Source: Candidatus Eiseniibacteriota bacterium (GTDB taxonomy: Bacteria > Eisenbacteria > RBG-16-71-46). From it: DNA of 64,000 nt. Of the stretch, positions 38,057 to 47,603 are shown piece after piece; within the stretch, counting starts at the first letter, position 1; every line of letters begins with the position of its first letter. Under the pieces are notes generated by a model. The model made no database searches. It saw only the letters and a list, made by a program, of their open reading frames with translations, and was not told where the DNA came from. Both the position numbers and the translations under genes were made by a program. The stretch is taken from contig JBBRLX010000001.1 in assembly GCA_038231135.1 (NCBI GenBank), positions 10,090 to 74,089 of the forward strand. The letters are read 5' to 3'.

Positions 38057-41000
38057 ATGAAACTCCCAAGGGTTCACCCGTTCCTGACCACGGCGCTCGT
38101 CGCCACGCTCTTCACCTCGATCCTCGCATCCACTTCCGGGGCGCAACTGCTCCTCAACGAGAATTTCTCGTACACCCCAGGCACGAATCTCACCGCCAAC
38201 GGGTGGGTTGCCCACAATGCCGGCGGCACGAACCCGATTCCCGTGGCGAACTTCGGACTCGCCTACCCTGGCTATCCCTCGTCGGGAATCGGATTCGCGG
38301 CCGGCCCCCTGGCGCCGAGCGGCGAAGACGATAACCGGACGTTCGCGCAGCAGACGACCGGGACCGTCTATCTCGCGGCGCTGGTCGCCATGAACGGCGC
38401 CCAGGCCGCAGGGGATTACTTCCTTCACCTGGCCTCGGCCCCGGTCAGTACCTCGTTCTTTGGCCGCGTCTTCGCACGAAGCAGCGGGACCGGGTATCAG
38501 CTCGGGCTAGGATTCACGACCGAGACCCCGGTCTATGGGGCCACGGTCTATCCGTTCGGCCAACCTCAACTCGTCGTCGTCAAGTACACGTTCCTCGCCG
38601 GACTCAACAACGACCAGGTCGCGCTGTTTGTGAATCCGACGCCGAACGCTACCGAGCCGCCGCCAACGCTCGCGACCTCGAACCCGGTCGCCGTCGACGC
38701 CTCGAATCTCGGCGGCGTGGCGCTCCGTCAGGGCTCGGCCTCCGCGTCCGCATCGCCGGTCGTGGACGGCATTCGAGTCGGCCGCACCTGGGGCGACGCC
38801 ATAGGACAGACCTGGGCCATCCTGGCCTCGGCGGGTCCTGGCGGACAGATCGCTCCTTCCGGCGGTGTCACCGTGCCCAATGGCGGGAGCGTAATGTTCA
38901 ACGTCACCCCAGCCCCATCCTTCGCGATCCAGGACGTGCTGGTGGACGGCGTCTCGATCGGGCCCGCTCCGATCTACACGTTCTCCAACGTGACCGCGAA
39001 CCACACCATCAGCGCCGCGTTCGTGGCCTCCTCCAACGGCGTGTCGGGGCTCGCGTTCCAGCAGCTCGAATACTCGGCTCCCGACGCCGACGTCTACCCG
39101 AATTCACGCTACATGCGGTGCAGCTTCGACTACCTTCCCGGTCCCGATCGCCAGTTCATCAACGTCCTGGTGCGTGGCGGTGGGAATCCGTCCGGGGATT
39201 GGCTGGTGCGCAATCTCTACCTGCCGCCGACCTCGGTGGCGCCTCCGATCGAGCACCTGTCCTATGGAATCCCGCTGTGCTGCGACGGGCTCTCGGTGTT
39301 TTCGTACGAATACGACTACCGGATCACGTCCAACCCGATCTCGGACGCGGACGCGAATGCATGGCTGCCGGCCGCGAATTGGCAGGGTCCTCTCCAGGTC
39401 ACACACACGGTGCTCGAGCGCGGGGACGCGCCCGCGGATCCCGCCGCGGTGGGCGTGACTCCCGAATTGTGGAGCTGGTTCCTTGCCTTCAATCCTCCGT
39501 TGCTCTCGGACACCCTGGCCTATATCGGTTGCAACATGCCGAACGTCGACCTGGACGACTCGACGCACGCCGGCGACCTCAATGGATGCGTGCCCGCTTC
39601 GTGCGCCAACAGCATGACGTGGCTCAAGGGGCAGCATGCCCAGATCGACCTGCCGCCCGATCTGCGCAAGACCTTCGAGCAGCTCAGCAATCTCATGAAT
39701 CGGCTGGCCGGACAGGGCGCGACCCAGGATGAGATGATCAAGGCCAAGCTCGATCTCATCGAGGCATACGGCCTCCCGATCCGCGTCGACTATCAGTCGG
39801 TCAACCTGGAGGGGAACTTCAACAGTACGAGTGGCAAGAGCCACGCCACCTGTCACGACGCGAATGCCAGCGACTGGCCGATGCTCGACTGGCTCAATTC
39901 CGAAGCGAAGGACGGCGAGGACGTCGAATTGTTCGGAGGCTATTACTACCACGATGGCGCCGGCTGGCACCGGGCGGGCGGGCACGCGGTGGTGGTCTCG
40001 GGGGTGGGAACCCGGGCCGGAGTCCCATGGGTCGAATACAAGGACGACGCCGACCAGAAAAAGCCCGGGGGCCAGGAGCAGCAGTCGAGCGACATCGATG
40101 TCGTGGCCGGCTTGATGCACATTCCCGGGATCGATGGATGGCTCAAGGTAGGCGGCGTGTGGCACGACTGCGTCTTCCTCGTCCAGGGTGTCGTGGCGGA
40201 GAGTTATGACGCGAGCGTCGGCTCGGTTCCGACCAACGAGAACTTCGGCGATTACTGTCAATGGATCATCCGCACGATCCGCCCCGGCGCCAAGCTGACC
40301 GTCACCTATCCCCACGGCAACCGGTGCTTCAACTCGACCGTCTGGGTGGAGGATCGCACCGTCAAGCCGCCGGTGTGGCGCAAGACGGCCACCTGGAACT
40401 TCAACAGCGACTCCACTCGCACTTACGTCAACTCCAGCGACAGCTGCCTATCCGTAGCGGTCCACAACGACGATCACACCTACTCGGGTGGCCTCTACGT
40501 GCCGTTCGGCATTACCGCGGCCATGCCCGCGGGGGGCGGAACGAGCTCGATCAGCAATCCCGCCGCATATGGAGGGTTCTCGCTGGGCGGCGCGGACGGG
40601 TCCGCGGGCGAGTTCGGATCCCCGGCAGGCCCGGCGGTGACCGTTGACTGCTCAGATGGCATGCTGCTGTCGCAGGTTCCGGGTCGGATGGGAGTGGGAA
40701 GCGGCGTGCTGCAGCTCACGCTGACAGATCCCACCACCAACAACCCCTATTGGGGGCACCTCGGCCTCAACCTCCACGTGCTGTCGGTCGCGAGCGCCGG
40801 CCTGCTCGACGTGGATGTTCCGTCGAATGGATTCCATGGAACGCTCCTGATCGATCACCCGGGCCTCTATACCCTCGACTTCGGCCCGACCGGCCCGCTG
40901 CCGCTCGTCTACGCGACCACGCTGACGTGCGAGCCCGGCGTCGATTTCGACCTCGATGCGCTCGGCATTCCCTCGCTGGCGCTAACCGTCTCGGTGCCCA

Positions 41001-41293
41001 GGGCGGGGACGCCGCTCACCGCCGGCCTGTGGAATCAGGGGCCGAATCCGACGCACGACGCGCTGCGCATGAGATTCGACCTCCCGCGCCGGAGCACGGT
41101 GTCGCTCGCGCTGTTCGACGTTTCCGGCGCGCGGGTCGCGACGCTCGCATCCGGAGTGATGGAGGCCGGCAGCTACGCCAGGTCGTGGTCGATCGATCAA
41201 TCGGCCGGCCGCCGGCTCTCGGCAGGACTCTACTTCTGCAAGCTGGTCACCGAGCAGGGTAGCTGGGCCACGCGGATCGTGATCGTCCGATAG
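38057..41293 (+). CDS. Large secreted protein with C-terminal FlgD-Ig/T9SS-like domain
   Basis: The ATG at 38057 follows GGAG. The product has a signal peptide (MKLPRVHPFLTTALVATLFTSILAS) and ends with the shared PNPTHDALRMRFDLP...YFCKLV...IVIVR domain. Confidence 0.65.
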   Translation: MKLPRVHPFLTTALVATLFTSILASTSGAQLLLNENFSYTPGTNLTANGWVAHNAGGTNPIPVANFGLAYPGYPSSGIGFAAGPLAPSGEDDNRTFAQQTTGTVYLAALVAMNGAQAAGDYFLHLASAPVSTSFFGRVFARSSGTGYQLGLGFTTETPVYGATVYPFGQPQLVVVKYTFLAGLNNDQVALFVNPTPNATEPPPTLATSNPVAVDASNLGGVALRQGSASASASPVVDGIRVGRTWGDAIGQTWAILASAGPGGQIAPSGGVTVPNGGSVMFNVTPAPSFAIQDVLVDGVSIGPAPIYTFSNVTANHTISAAFVASSNGVSGLAFQQLEYSAPDADVYPNSRYMRCSFDYLPGPDRQFINVLVRGGGNPSGDWLVRNLYLPPTSVAPPIEHLSYGIPLCCDGLSVFSYEYDYRITSNPISDADANAWLPAANWQGPLQVTHTVLERGDAPADPAAVGVTPELWSWFLAFNPPLLSDTLAYIGCNMPNVDLDDSTHAGDLNGCVPASCANSMTWLKGQHAQIDLPPDLRKTFEQLSNLMNRLAGQGATQDEMIKAKLDLIEAYGLPIRVDYQSVNLEGNFNSTSGKSHATCHDANASDWPMLDWLNSEAKDGEDVELFGGYYYHDGAGWHRAGGHAVVVSGVGTRAGVPWVEYKDDADQKKPGGQEQQSSDIDVVAGLMHIPGIDGWLKVGGVWHDCVFLVQGVVAESYDASVGSVPTNENFGDYCQWIIRTIRPGAKLTVTYPHGNRCFNSTVWVEDRTVKPPVWRKTATWNFNSDSTRTYVNSSDSCLSVAVHNDDHTYSGGLYVPFGITAAMPAGGGTSSISNPAAYGGFSLGGADGSAGEFGSPAGPAVTVDCSDGMLLSQVPGRMGVGSGVLQLTLTDPTTNNPYWGHLGLNLHVLSVASAGLLDVDVPSNGFHGTLLIDHPGLYTLDFGPTGPLPLVYATTLTCEPGVDFDLDALGIPSLALTVSVPRAGTPLTAGLWNQGPNPTHDALRMRFDLPRRSTVSLALFDVSGARVATLASGVMEAGSYARSWSIDQSAGRRLSAGLYFCKLVTEQGSWATRIVIVR

Positions 41294-41404
41294 CCGCGGC
41301 ATTCACGAAACTGGCTGCTCGAGGAGACTCGGGCGGCCAGTTCTCGTACGCGCGTGAACCCGGCCTCCGGCGGGACCGGGGCTGCCCCCGAACCGCACCC
41401 ACCG

Positions 41405-42595
41405 TCACTTCACGACGATCAGTCCCGACAACATTCCCATTCCGCAAGTGAACGGCAGGTTGCCGGGATCGCGCGGTGTGAAACGGACCAGCACGGTCCG
41501 CCCGACGGGAACGTCGCGGCGAATGCCGAGGCCCGGGATCACGACGGTGCCGCCACAATTGCCGGCATGTGGGCGCGTGAACGCGAGGACGGCCGGCTGT
41601 CCCTGACGGAGCTCAACTCGCGCCGGTGTGTATCCCGAAGCCGAGATCGAGATCCGCACGGCCGCTTCGGGAACGACGGGCGCGGGACGGGCTGCGACGG
41701 GTGCGGCGGCGGCTACGTCGAACACAAACGGCACCGTGGTGACACGACCGGCACGCTGGAACTGCATCCACAGCTTGTAGCGCCCCGCGTGCGGAAAACT
41801 GGTGGCCGCGCGGATCGTCGACGGACTCGGGCCAATGAGCACCTTGCCGAGCAGCGCCGGATCGTGCACGTGCACGGCGGACGGATCCTGCGAGGGATCG
41901 AAAATCTCGCCGGTCTCGAGCGGGTGCGCGTGGATGAAGTCGCGCAGGTCCGCGCTGACGACAATAAAATGCGCCAGCGCGCCGAGGTAGAGCTGGAGGT
42001 CCGTGACGGGATGCTCATCGGACGCGTAGGCCAGTGATGCCTCGATCAGGAGGTCCGCATTGGCGCGTGGCGCGCGGTCGAACCGGAGCGTCACCCGCAC
42101 GCTGTCGACGGTGTGAACCAGTTCGGCATCCGGGGTGAGTCGGGCCGGCGCCGGCGTGGCTCCGCTCACTGCCACGTCGAACGGATCGACGCGGGTGCCC
42201 GAGCCGGGCGGCGTGTAATCCGCGAACAACCGGTACCTGCCCCCATGATTGAACGCGTGCGTCACGCTATAGGCGTCGTCGAGTCCCAGCTCCGGATGGA
42301 TGTGGGCAAACTCCGACAGATCGCGCGACACGACGATGAGGTGCATCGGGCGCTCGTGTACGAACTGGAGGAAGCGCACGGAGGTGCCGAGCGCATCCCG
42401 CACGCGGAGGCTCAGCTCCGCGGGCTCTCCGGCGCGCGGCGTCGCGGGCCGCGTCACCAACTCGGCGTGAAACGTGCGCGCTCCCGCCGCGGCGGCCGGT
42501 AGCGCCGCGCCCATCGCCAGCACGAGCGCCACGAGCGGCGCTCCCCACCGCACCCGCTCCAGGCACCGTGAGCCACCCCGCCGCACGCGGTTCAT
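41405..42595 (-). CDS. Secreted protein with two homologous internal domains and a C-terminal cupredoxin-like segment
   Basis: Signal peptide, then an internal duplication (HIHPELG...RYRLFADYTP and HAHPLETG...RYKLWMQF), then C-terminal LPFTCGMGMLSGLIVV. Confidence 0.55.
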   Translation of the reverse strand: MNRVRRGGSRCLERVRWGAPLVALVLAMGAALPAAAAGARTFHAELVTRPATPRAGEPAELSLRVRDALGTSVRFLQFVHERPMHLIVVSRDLSEFAHIHPELGLDDAYSVTHAFNHGGRYRLFADYTPPGSGTRVDPFDVAVSGATPAPARLTPDAELVHTVDSVRVTLRFDRAPRANADLLIEASLAYASDEHPVTDLQLYLGALAHFIVVSADLRDFIHAHPLETGEIFDPSQDPSAVHVHDPALLGKVLIGPSPSTIRAATSFPHAGRYKLWMQFQRAGRVTTVPFVFDVAAAAPVAARPAPVVPEAAVRISISASGYTPARVELRQGQPAVLAFTRPHAGNCGGTVVIPGLGIRRDVPVGRTVLVRFTPRDPGNLPFTCGMGMLSGLIVVK

Positions 42596-42605
42596 CGCGG
42601 TGGGC

Positions 42606-43898
42606 TCACCGTACTACGACGAGATGCCGCGACTGCGTCCATGCGCCGGCCCGTAACTCGTAGAAGTACACGCCCGCTGCCAGCTTCGCGGTGTCGAGCG
42701 TGACGTCGTGTGCGCCGGCGGCCCGCATGCCTTCGACCAGCGTCGCCACGCGGTGACCGTTGAGGTCGTAGAGTTCGAGCCTAACCTTGCCAGCCCGCGG
42801 TAACTCGAAGCGGATCGTGCTGCGCGCCACCGCCGGATTGGGCTGATTCTGCGCCAGTGTGAGCACGTTCGCGCCGGGTGCGGCGCCACCGACGCCCGTC
42901 GTGGGAGTCCAGGCCGTCACCGGCTCCGAGATCGTGACGTGGCCGTGTGACGTGATGTCATCGGTGGCGACGACCCCGTAGTAGCTGGGACCGATGTCGT
43001 ATGGGTAGACTGCGGCCCCAGTGGCGTCGACCGTGACGTAGTAGGCGTAGGTGCCCCCGGGATACTCCGGCGTGACTGCGAACCGGCCGTTGAATTCGTC
43101 AAGATCCCCGAGGCCGGCGATGTGCGCGTAGTCCTCGACGTAATATCCGAGCGGATAGTTCGCGGACACCGCGGGGCCGTACTGGGACGGCGTGAGCACG
43201 GTGCCATCGGGCAGCACCTGGCGCACGACAATGTTGCGCACGCCATAGCTGGAGCGGATCCGCGTGATGCCGCCGGTGCCGTCGGTGTTCGCATAACCGT
43301 AGGGGCCGTAGACCGGGAAGCCGTCGAACGCGAATCCCAGCAACTGCGAATGTCGCGTCGAATCCGCGCCGTACAGACACGACGCGTTCTCGTGGTTGTG
43401 GTAGTTGCCGCCCGGCGCCGGATGCCCGAGGCAGGCGTCGAACGATGGACCCTCGACGGTGACCGCGTTCTGGTGCCAGATGTTCTGGTTGAGGTACGAG
43501 TGGGCGTCGAGCGCGTTGAAGATCGACACCCCGTTGGTCCAGACGCCAACCGTGCCCAGCGGCGTCGACGTCTTGGTGCCGGCATTCACGACCGGCGACC
43601 TGGGGAACCGCAGCAGGAAGTCCTGGTTGGTCGGCGTGTTGGGGTTCCCCGGCCACGGCCCGATGCTGTAGGAGGGAATGCTGGTGCAATTGACGTAGAC
43701 CGAGGTGGCCGAGTAACGAACCGTCTGGATATTGGCCGGCAGCCCCCCGTAGCCGGTCAGGCCGGAGACGTTCCGCCGCCACACGGCCAGCTCCGGCGGG
43801 TCGGCGGCACGCGCGGCATGGCTCGCCGCCATTCCCACGGCGAGAGCCATCGTGGACACGAGCGCCCAGTGGACGGGTGAGATCCTGCGTTTGGCCAT
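42606..43898 (-). CDS. Secreted YHYH-domain protein with C-terminal FlgD-Ig/T9SS-like domain
   Basis: The ATG at 43898 follows GGAGGG. YHYH-like segment GGNYHNHENASCLYG, then C-terminal NQPNPAVARSTIRFELP...VYFYELRAG...LVVVR. Confidence 0.65.
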   Translation of the reverse strand: MAKRRISPVHWALVSTMALAVGMAASHAARAADPPELAVWRRNVSGLTGYGGLPANIQTVRYSATSVYVNCTSIPSYSIGPWPGNPNTPTNQDFLLRFPRSPVVNAGTKTSTPLGTVGVWTNGVSIFNALDAHSYLNQNIWHQNAVTVEGPSFDACLGHPAPGGNYHNHENASCLYGADSTRHSQLLGFAFDGFPVYGPYGYANTDGTGGITRIRSSYGVRNIVVRQVLPDGTVLTPSQYGPAVSANYPLGYYVEDYAHIAGLGDLDEFNGRFAVTPEYPGGTYAYYVTVDATGAAVYPYDIGPSYYGVVATDDITSHGHVTISEPVTAWTPTTGVGGAAPGANVLTLAQNQPNPAVARSTIRFELPRAGKVRLELYDLNGHRVATLVEGMRAAGAHDVTLDTAKLAAGVYFYELRAGAWTQSRHLVVVR

Positions 43899-44043
43899 GA
43901 TTCCCTCCGGTTTCGTCGCGTTTGGATCTGGCTGTGCGCCCCGAGTGTTCGAGGTCGGGAGCGGGAGCCAGCGCGCCCGGCCGAGTCCCGCACCCGGCGT
44001 ACTCGCGCCTCATTACCTTAGGAGACCCTACACGTGAGGTGTG

Positions 44044-45147
44044 TCAGAGTTGTCGCAGAGCCTTGAAGAATCGTGACCGGGTGGGGTGGGTCTGCCGGTT
44101 CCAGCTCACGAGGTCGCGCCACGACGCGGGGCGTCCGCCCTCGGTCCACACCATGCGCGATCGGAGCAGGAATTCCTGAGCTGGAGCGCCCGGCGAAGCG
44201 ATTTCGCCGACGCCGATCTCGTTGTGGTGACGAGATTGAACCGTCATCACCTGACCGGAGGCGAGGTCACGCGACAGGAGGGTCGAGCGTCGCAATGCGG
44301 GCGCGAACCGTCGTACGAATCGAACGATGAAGAAGATGATCAGTGCGGGGGCCACCAGTCCGAGCAGGCGATGCTCGCCGGAGCGAATCCAGCCCAGAAG
44401 CAGCATGACGCCGATCGCCGAGTAGGGGATGAGCCAGAACAAGCGTCGCCAGCTTGCCCGCCACACGTGTCGGATGTATTGGCGAATCTCCTCCCGCTCG
44501 GCAGCGCTCAGCGATCGCTGGACGAGCTCCTTGTCGGGATCGGTCACGACGGCGATTCCGTGCGGAACGGGCGCGCGCATGGCATAGGTCGGAGCTGCTG
44601 CCACGGCCCGCACTCGCACCCTCAGCGCCTGCCAACTACCGCGTCGGTCTTGATACACGACGCTGCGCGATACGGCGAGCACGGCGATGCGCTGGTCGCC
44701 TGTCCAGCCTGGCTGCAGCACGCCTGCGGTAACGAGTGCCGCAAGGTCGGCGTCGGCTCCCGGTGTCACCGAGACGGTGCCGGCGAATTCGAGAACGGTT
44801 CCATCTGTAATGTCTGCGAGAAGCGGGGCACGCGCTCGCCACAGAGCGTGCGCACGCCAGACGAGGGCGACGATCGAAGCGAAGAACCCCAGCACGGCCA
44901 CCGCGGACGCGACGATCGAGGCCATGGGGCCGATGTCTGGTGCGCGATAGCCCTCCAGCGCAAACGGTAGCAGGACGAGGGCGGCCAGGATCCCAAGGAT
45001 CCCCCACCAGCTCCGCAGCAGGCCTCGGGCGATCGCGGTGACCGCCTGACGCTCGTCCGGCATCATCGAGCGAACGCCGACATAGGGGAGCCCCGCGCAC
45101 CAACGGTCGGACTCGGCGAGAGGGTCTTCTTCGAGCGCCTGCATCAC
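44044..45147 (-). CDS. Hypothetical membrane protein
   Basis: The 367-aa product has several predicted TM helices. Its 3' end includes copy A of a 40-bp direct repeat. Confidence 0.5.
   Translation of the reverse strand: MMQALEEDPLAESDRWCAGLPYVGVRSMMPDERQAVTAIARGLLRSWWGILGILAALVLLPFALEGYRAPDIGPMASIVASAVAVLGFFASIVALVWRAHALWRARAPLLADITDGTVLEFAGTVSVTPGADADLAALVTAGVLQPGWTGDQRIAVLAVSRSVVYQDRRGSWQALRVRVRAVAAAPTYAMRAPVPHGIAVVTDPDKELVQRSLSAAEREEIRQYIRHVWRASWRRLFWLIPYSAIGVMLLLGWIRSGEHRLLGLVAPALIIFFIVRFVRRFAPALRRSTLLSRDLASGQVMTVQSRHHNEIGVGEIASPGAPAQEFLLRSRMVWTEGGRPASWRDLVSWNRQTHPTRSRFFKALRQL
44106..44145. repeat. 40-bp imperfect direct repeat, copy A (TCACGAGGTCGcGccACGACGCGGGGCGTCCGCCCTCGGT)
   Basis: Matches 37 of 40 positions with copy B at 46570..46609. 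The mismatches are transitions. Confidence 0.55.
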
Positions 45148-45331
45148 CCCGGTATCGGCACGGGACGGCGTTGGCTAAAGGTCGCTGCCGGCTGCACTCG
45201 GGGTTCGGATCGAACCTGGGTCGCAGATCGAGGACCGCATGGAGATCTGGCTTCGCCGCCGACCCGGCAGTGGCGCGCCGCAATCCTGGCGCATCTCGAA
45301 TGGCGCGGGGTAAATCTCAGGACAACGCCGC

Positions 45332-46198
45332 CTATTCGGCGGGTACGGGTCGGAATCGTATCGCGAACGACTGGCCTTGAAGATTGACATGTACTTCGAA
45401 GTCACAGGTGTTCGCCCTGTTCAGCATACGTTGGACACCCTCGTAATAGTCTTGCTGAGCGTGCGTCACGGCGCCCGAGTACTTCTCAAGGCTGCGGTTG
45501 GGCCCCGCTTCCGTGGGCATGTCTGCAAATCGCGGAAAATAGACGTACCCATTTACAGTTTTGCCGGAGAACATCGTGTTCCTTCGCAACACGCCCTCGC
45601 TTACGCTGCTTGAAAACGTGTCGTACCAGGTGGCTGTGTTTGTCGCCGCTTGTATCGTCTGAGCCGTTGCGCGTTCGCTGAGGGCGTCGCGCTTCTCCTG
45701 CGCGTCGTTGACCACGAATCCGTTTCCAGACTGAGAACCTGTCCCGGTGATTGTCGTGGGTGGGACTTGTTGTGCCTTGAAGGCACGAAACGCACCTGCA
45801 ATAGCCGCGAATATGAGAGCGCTCGTCTTGTCGTCCGAAATCTGAGCGAGGACATGCTGTGGGGACTCGGGCTCCAGGGAGAACGTCACGGCTTTCTTGG
45901 GATCCGTGGCCTGAATGGAGAACGTCGTTCGTGGTTCAAACAAGAATTCGCCCTGCGACCGGTTTTGGAACATGCACCACAGTCGCATGTACCTGGTTGA
46001 TGAGAGGTTCGTTGATTCGAGAACCAGCCACATCGAAATACTATCGCCTTGCACGGCCGCAATGGCCTGCCCGTTCGACCACACGCACGAGACGTGCACG
46101 GTTGGAACGGGGGCAAACACGATCGTGTTAGGGTCAGCCGATACTGTGGCGCGGAGTGCCGCACACAGCATGACCGTGATGACGCCTACACGGAACAT
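45332..46198 (-). CDS. Hypothetical secreted protein in a low-GC islet
   Basis: The 288-aa product has a signal peptide. Local GC is about 52%, against about 70% elsewhere. Confidence 0.5.
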   Translation of the reverse strand: MFRVGVITVMLCAALRATVSADPNTIVFAPVPTVHVSCVWSNGQAIAAVQGDSISMWLVLESTNLSSTRYMRLWCMFQNRSQGEFLFEPRTTFSIQATDPKKAVTFSLEPESPQHVLAQISDDKTSALIFAAIAGAFRAFKAQQVPPTTITGTGSQSGNGFVVNDAQEKRDALSERATAQTIQAATNTATWYDTFSSSVSEGVLRRNTMFSGKTVNGYVYFPRFADMPTEAGPNRSLEKYSGAVTHAQQDYYEGVQRMLNRANTCDFEVHVNLQGQSFAIRFRPVPAE

Positions 46199-46272
46199 TA
46201 CGCCCCCCTCGCAGGCATCTCGCGGAAACGAGATGCTTTACCTGGATGTATCGGCGTCCGCAGGTGCCAAAT

Positions 46273-46563
46273 CTAGTGCTGGGTTGAAGATCGGGCGTCG
46301 GTCGGGAGCATGATGTGCAGGGTTGGGTCGTGGCTCGCCCAATCGACGCTCCAGAACGCGTCACCCTTGATCGAGCGATGGATCGCCATCCGGTCGCGAT
46401 AGGTGAACTCGATCTCGATTCTGCGCCATTGCGCCGAGTCGACGTAGTCTCCCAGTTGATGGCGGACGATCTGTTCGAGTCGATCCCGTGCACGTTCCAA
46501 AGATCCATAGCCCACTCGTGGACCCGGGCCGTTCGATCGTCCAGGGCGTGTCCGCGATGGCAT
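46273..46563 (-). CDS. Hypothetical small protein
   Basis: The 96-aa ORF has a non-biased composition. No ribosome binding site is visible. Confidence 0.25.
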   Translation of the reverse strand: MPSRTRPGRSNGPGPRVGYGSLERARDRLEQIVRHQLGDYVDSAQWRRIEIEFTYRDRMAIHRSIKGDAFWSVDWASHDPTLHIMLPTDARSSTQH

Positions 46564-46569
46564 GAGAGT

Positions 46570-46609
46570 TCACGAGGTCGTGTTACGACGCGGGGCGTCC
46601 GCCCTCGGT
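46570..46609. repeat. 40-bp imperfect direct repeat, copy B
   Basis: Pairs with copy A at 44106..44145. It lies directly 3' of a tRNA-like fragment on the minus strand. Confidence 0.55.
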
Positions 46610-46690
46610 GCGCCGCGAAGGAATCGAACCTTCAACCTACTGATTAAGAGTCGGTAGCGACCGGACATGGCGCCCGGCTGGCTCGCGGAC
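46609..46690 (-). other. tRNA-like fragment: perfect T-arm (GAAGG-TTCGATT-CCTTC) plus 3' acceptor GCGGCGC-A-CC, and a possible Lys(CUU)-like anticodon arm; 5' acceptor and D-arm not canonical
   Basis: Seen on the minus strand immediately after the mtgA stop. Only about 58 nt separate the stop from the T-stem, which is too short for a canonical tRNA 5' half. The best 5' acceptor pairing reaches only 4-5 of 7 bp. Confidence 0.3.
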
Positions 46691-46691
46691 G

Positions 46692-47603
46692 TCACCTCAA
46701 GATCTGCGCCCCACCCGTATCGACGCCAGCGGAATCGCCCGCAGGCGTAGTCTCCGCTTCACCTGCTGCCGCCGGCGGAGCACCGTTGCCTCCGCCCGAC
46801 GTATCCGCCGCCTTGGGCTTACCGCCGCCGAAGAGCCAGCCCAAGAACGACCCGTGCGGCGCCGCCGGTGCCGCGCGCCCGATCACCACCGCGTACTGAT
46901 CCTGCGTCAGATATCCGCGCCGCAGCATGCGCCCCGCGATCATTCGCACGCGCCGCTCGATGCGCCGCGGCGGATGGAGCACGGAGAACCGGCGGGGGTT
47001 GATGATCACCGCCGCGAGCAGCACCGCCTGGCGTTCGTTGAGATGGCTCGCGGACACGCCATAGTAGTGTCGCGCGGCGGCCTCGGCGCCGAACACGCCG
47101 TCGCCCCATTCGATCAGGTTCAGGTACAGCTCGAAGATCCGGTGCTTGGACAGGGCGCGCTCGAGCCGCATGGCGAGGAACGCCTCCTCGAGCTTGCGCG
47201 TGATCGTGCGCGAATCGCCGAGGAACACGTTCTTCGCGAGCTGCTGGGTGATCGTGCTGCCGCCGCGCACCACTTTGCCGCGCTCGAGGTTGGTCTTCGC
47301 GGATGCCTTGATCTCGTCCCAGTCGAGGCCGTCGTGGCTGTAGAACTTGTCGTCCTCGGCGATCAGGATCGCGCGCCGCAGCTCGGGCGACACGGCAGAG
47401 TAGGGCACCCAGCGCTGGTCGATGCGCAGCGTTGCGCCCTTCGACCGGGCCTCGCGCTCGCGCTGGCGCATCATCGCGGTGGTCTTCGGCGCGGAATTCG
47501 CGAGCGCGTCCACCGGGAACGTGCGCACGCGCACGGCGGAGATTGCGGCGAGCAGCAGCACCACGGCCGCGATCACCAGCAGTGCCACGCGCAGTCGCTT
47601 CAT
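46692..47603 (-). CDS. mtgA: Monofunctional biosynthetic peptidoglycan transglycosylase
   Basis: The ATG at 47603 overlaps the upstream stop (ATGA). The product has an N-terminal TM helix and the GT51 motifs (EDDKFYSHDGLDW, GGSTITQQLAKN, RIFELYLN). Confidence 0.8.
   Translation of the reverse strand: MKRLRVALLVIAAVVLLLAAISAVRVRTFPVDALANSAPKTTAMMRQREREARSKGATLRIDQRWVPYSAVSPELRRAILIAEDDKFYSHDGLDWDEIKASAKTNLERGKVVRGGSTITQQLAKNVFLGDSRTITRKLEEAFLAMRLERALSKHRIFELYLNLIEWGDGVFGAEAAARHYYGVSASHLNERQAVLLAAVIINPRRFSVLHPPRRIERRVRMIAGRMLRRGYLTQDQYAVVIGRAAPAAPHGSFLGWLFGGGKPKAADTSGGGNGAPPAAAGEAETTPAGDSAGVDTGGAQILR

Noticed and set aside
46609-46690. Calling an intact tRNA-Lys gene
   Set aside because: The T-arm and 3' acceptor are perfect, but manual folding finds no acceptable 5' acceptor strand or D-arm in the 58 nt available. 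It is kept only as a tRNA-like fragment.
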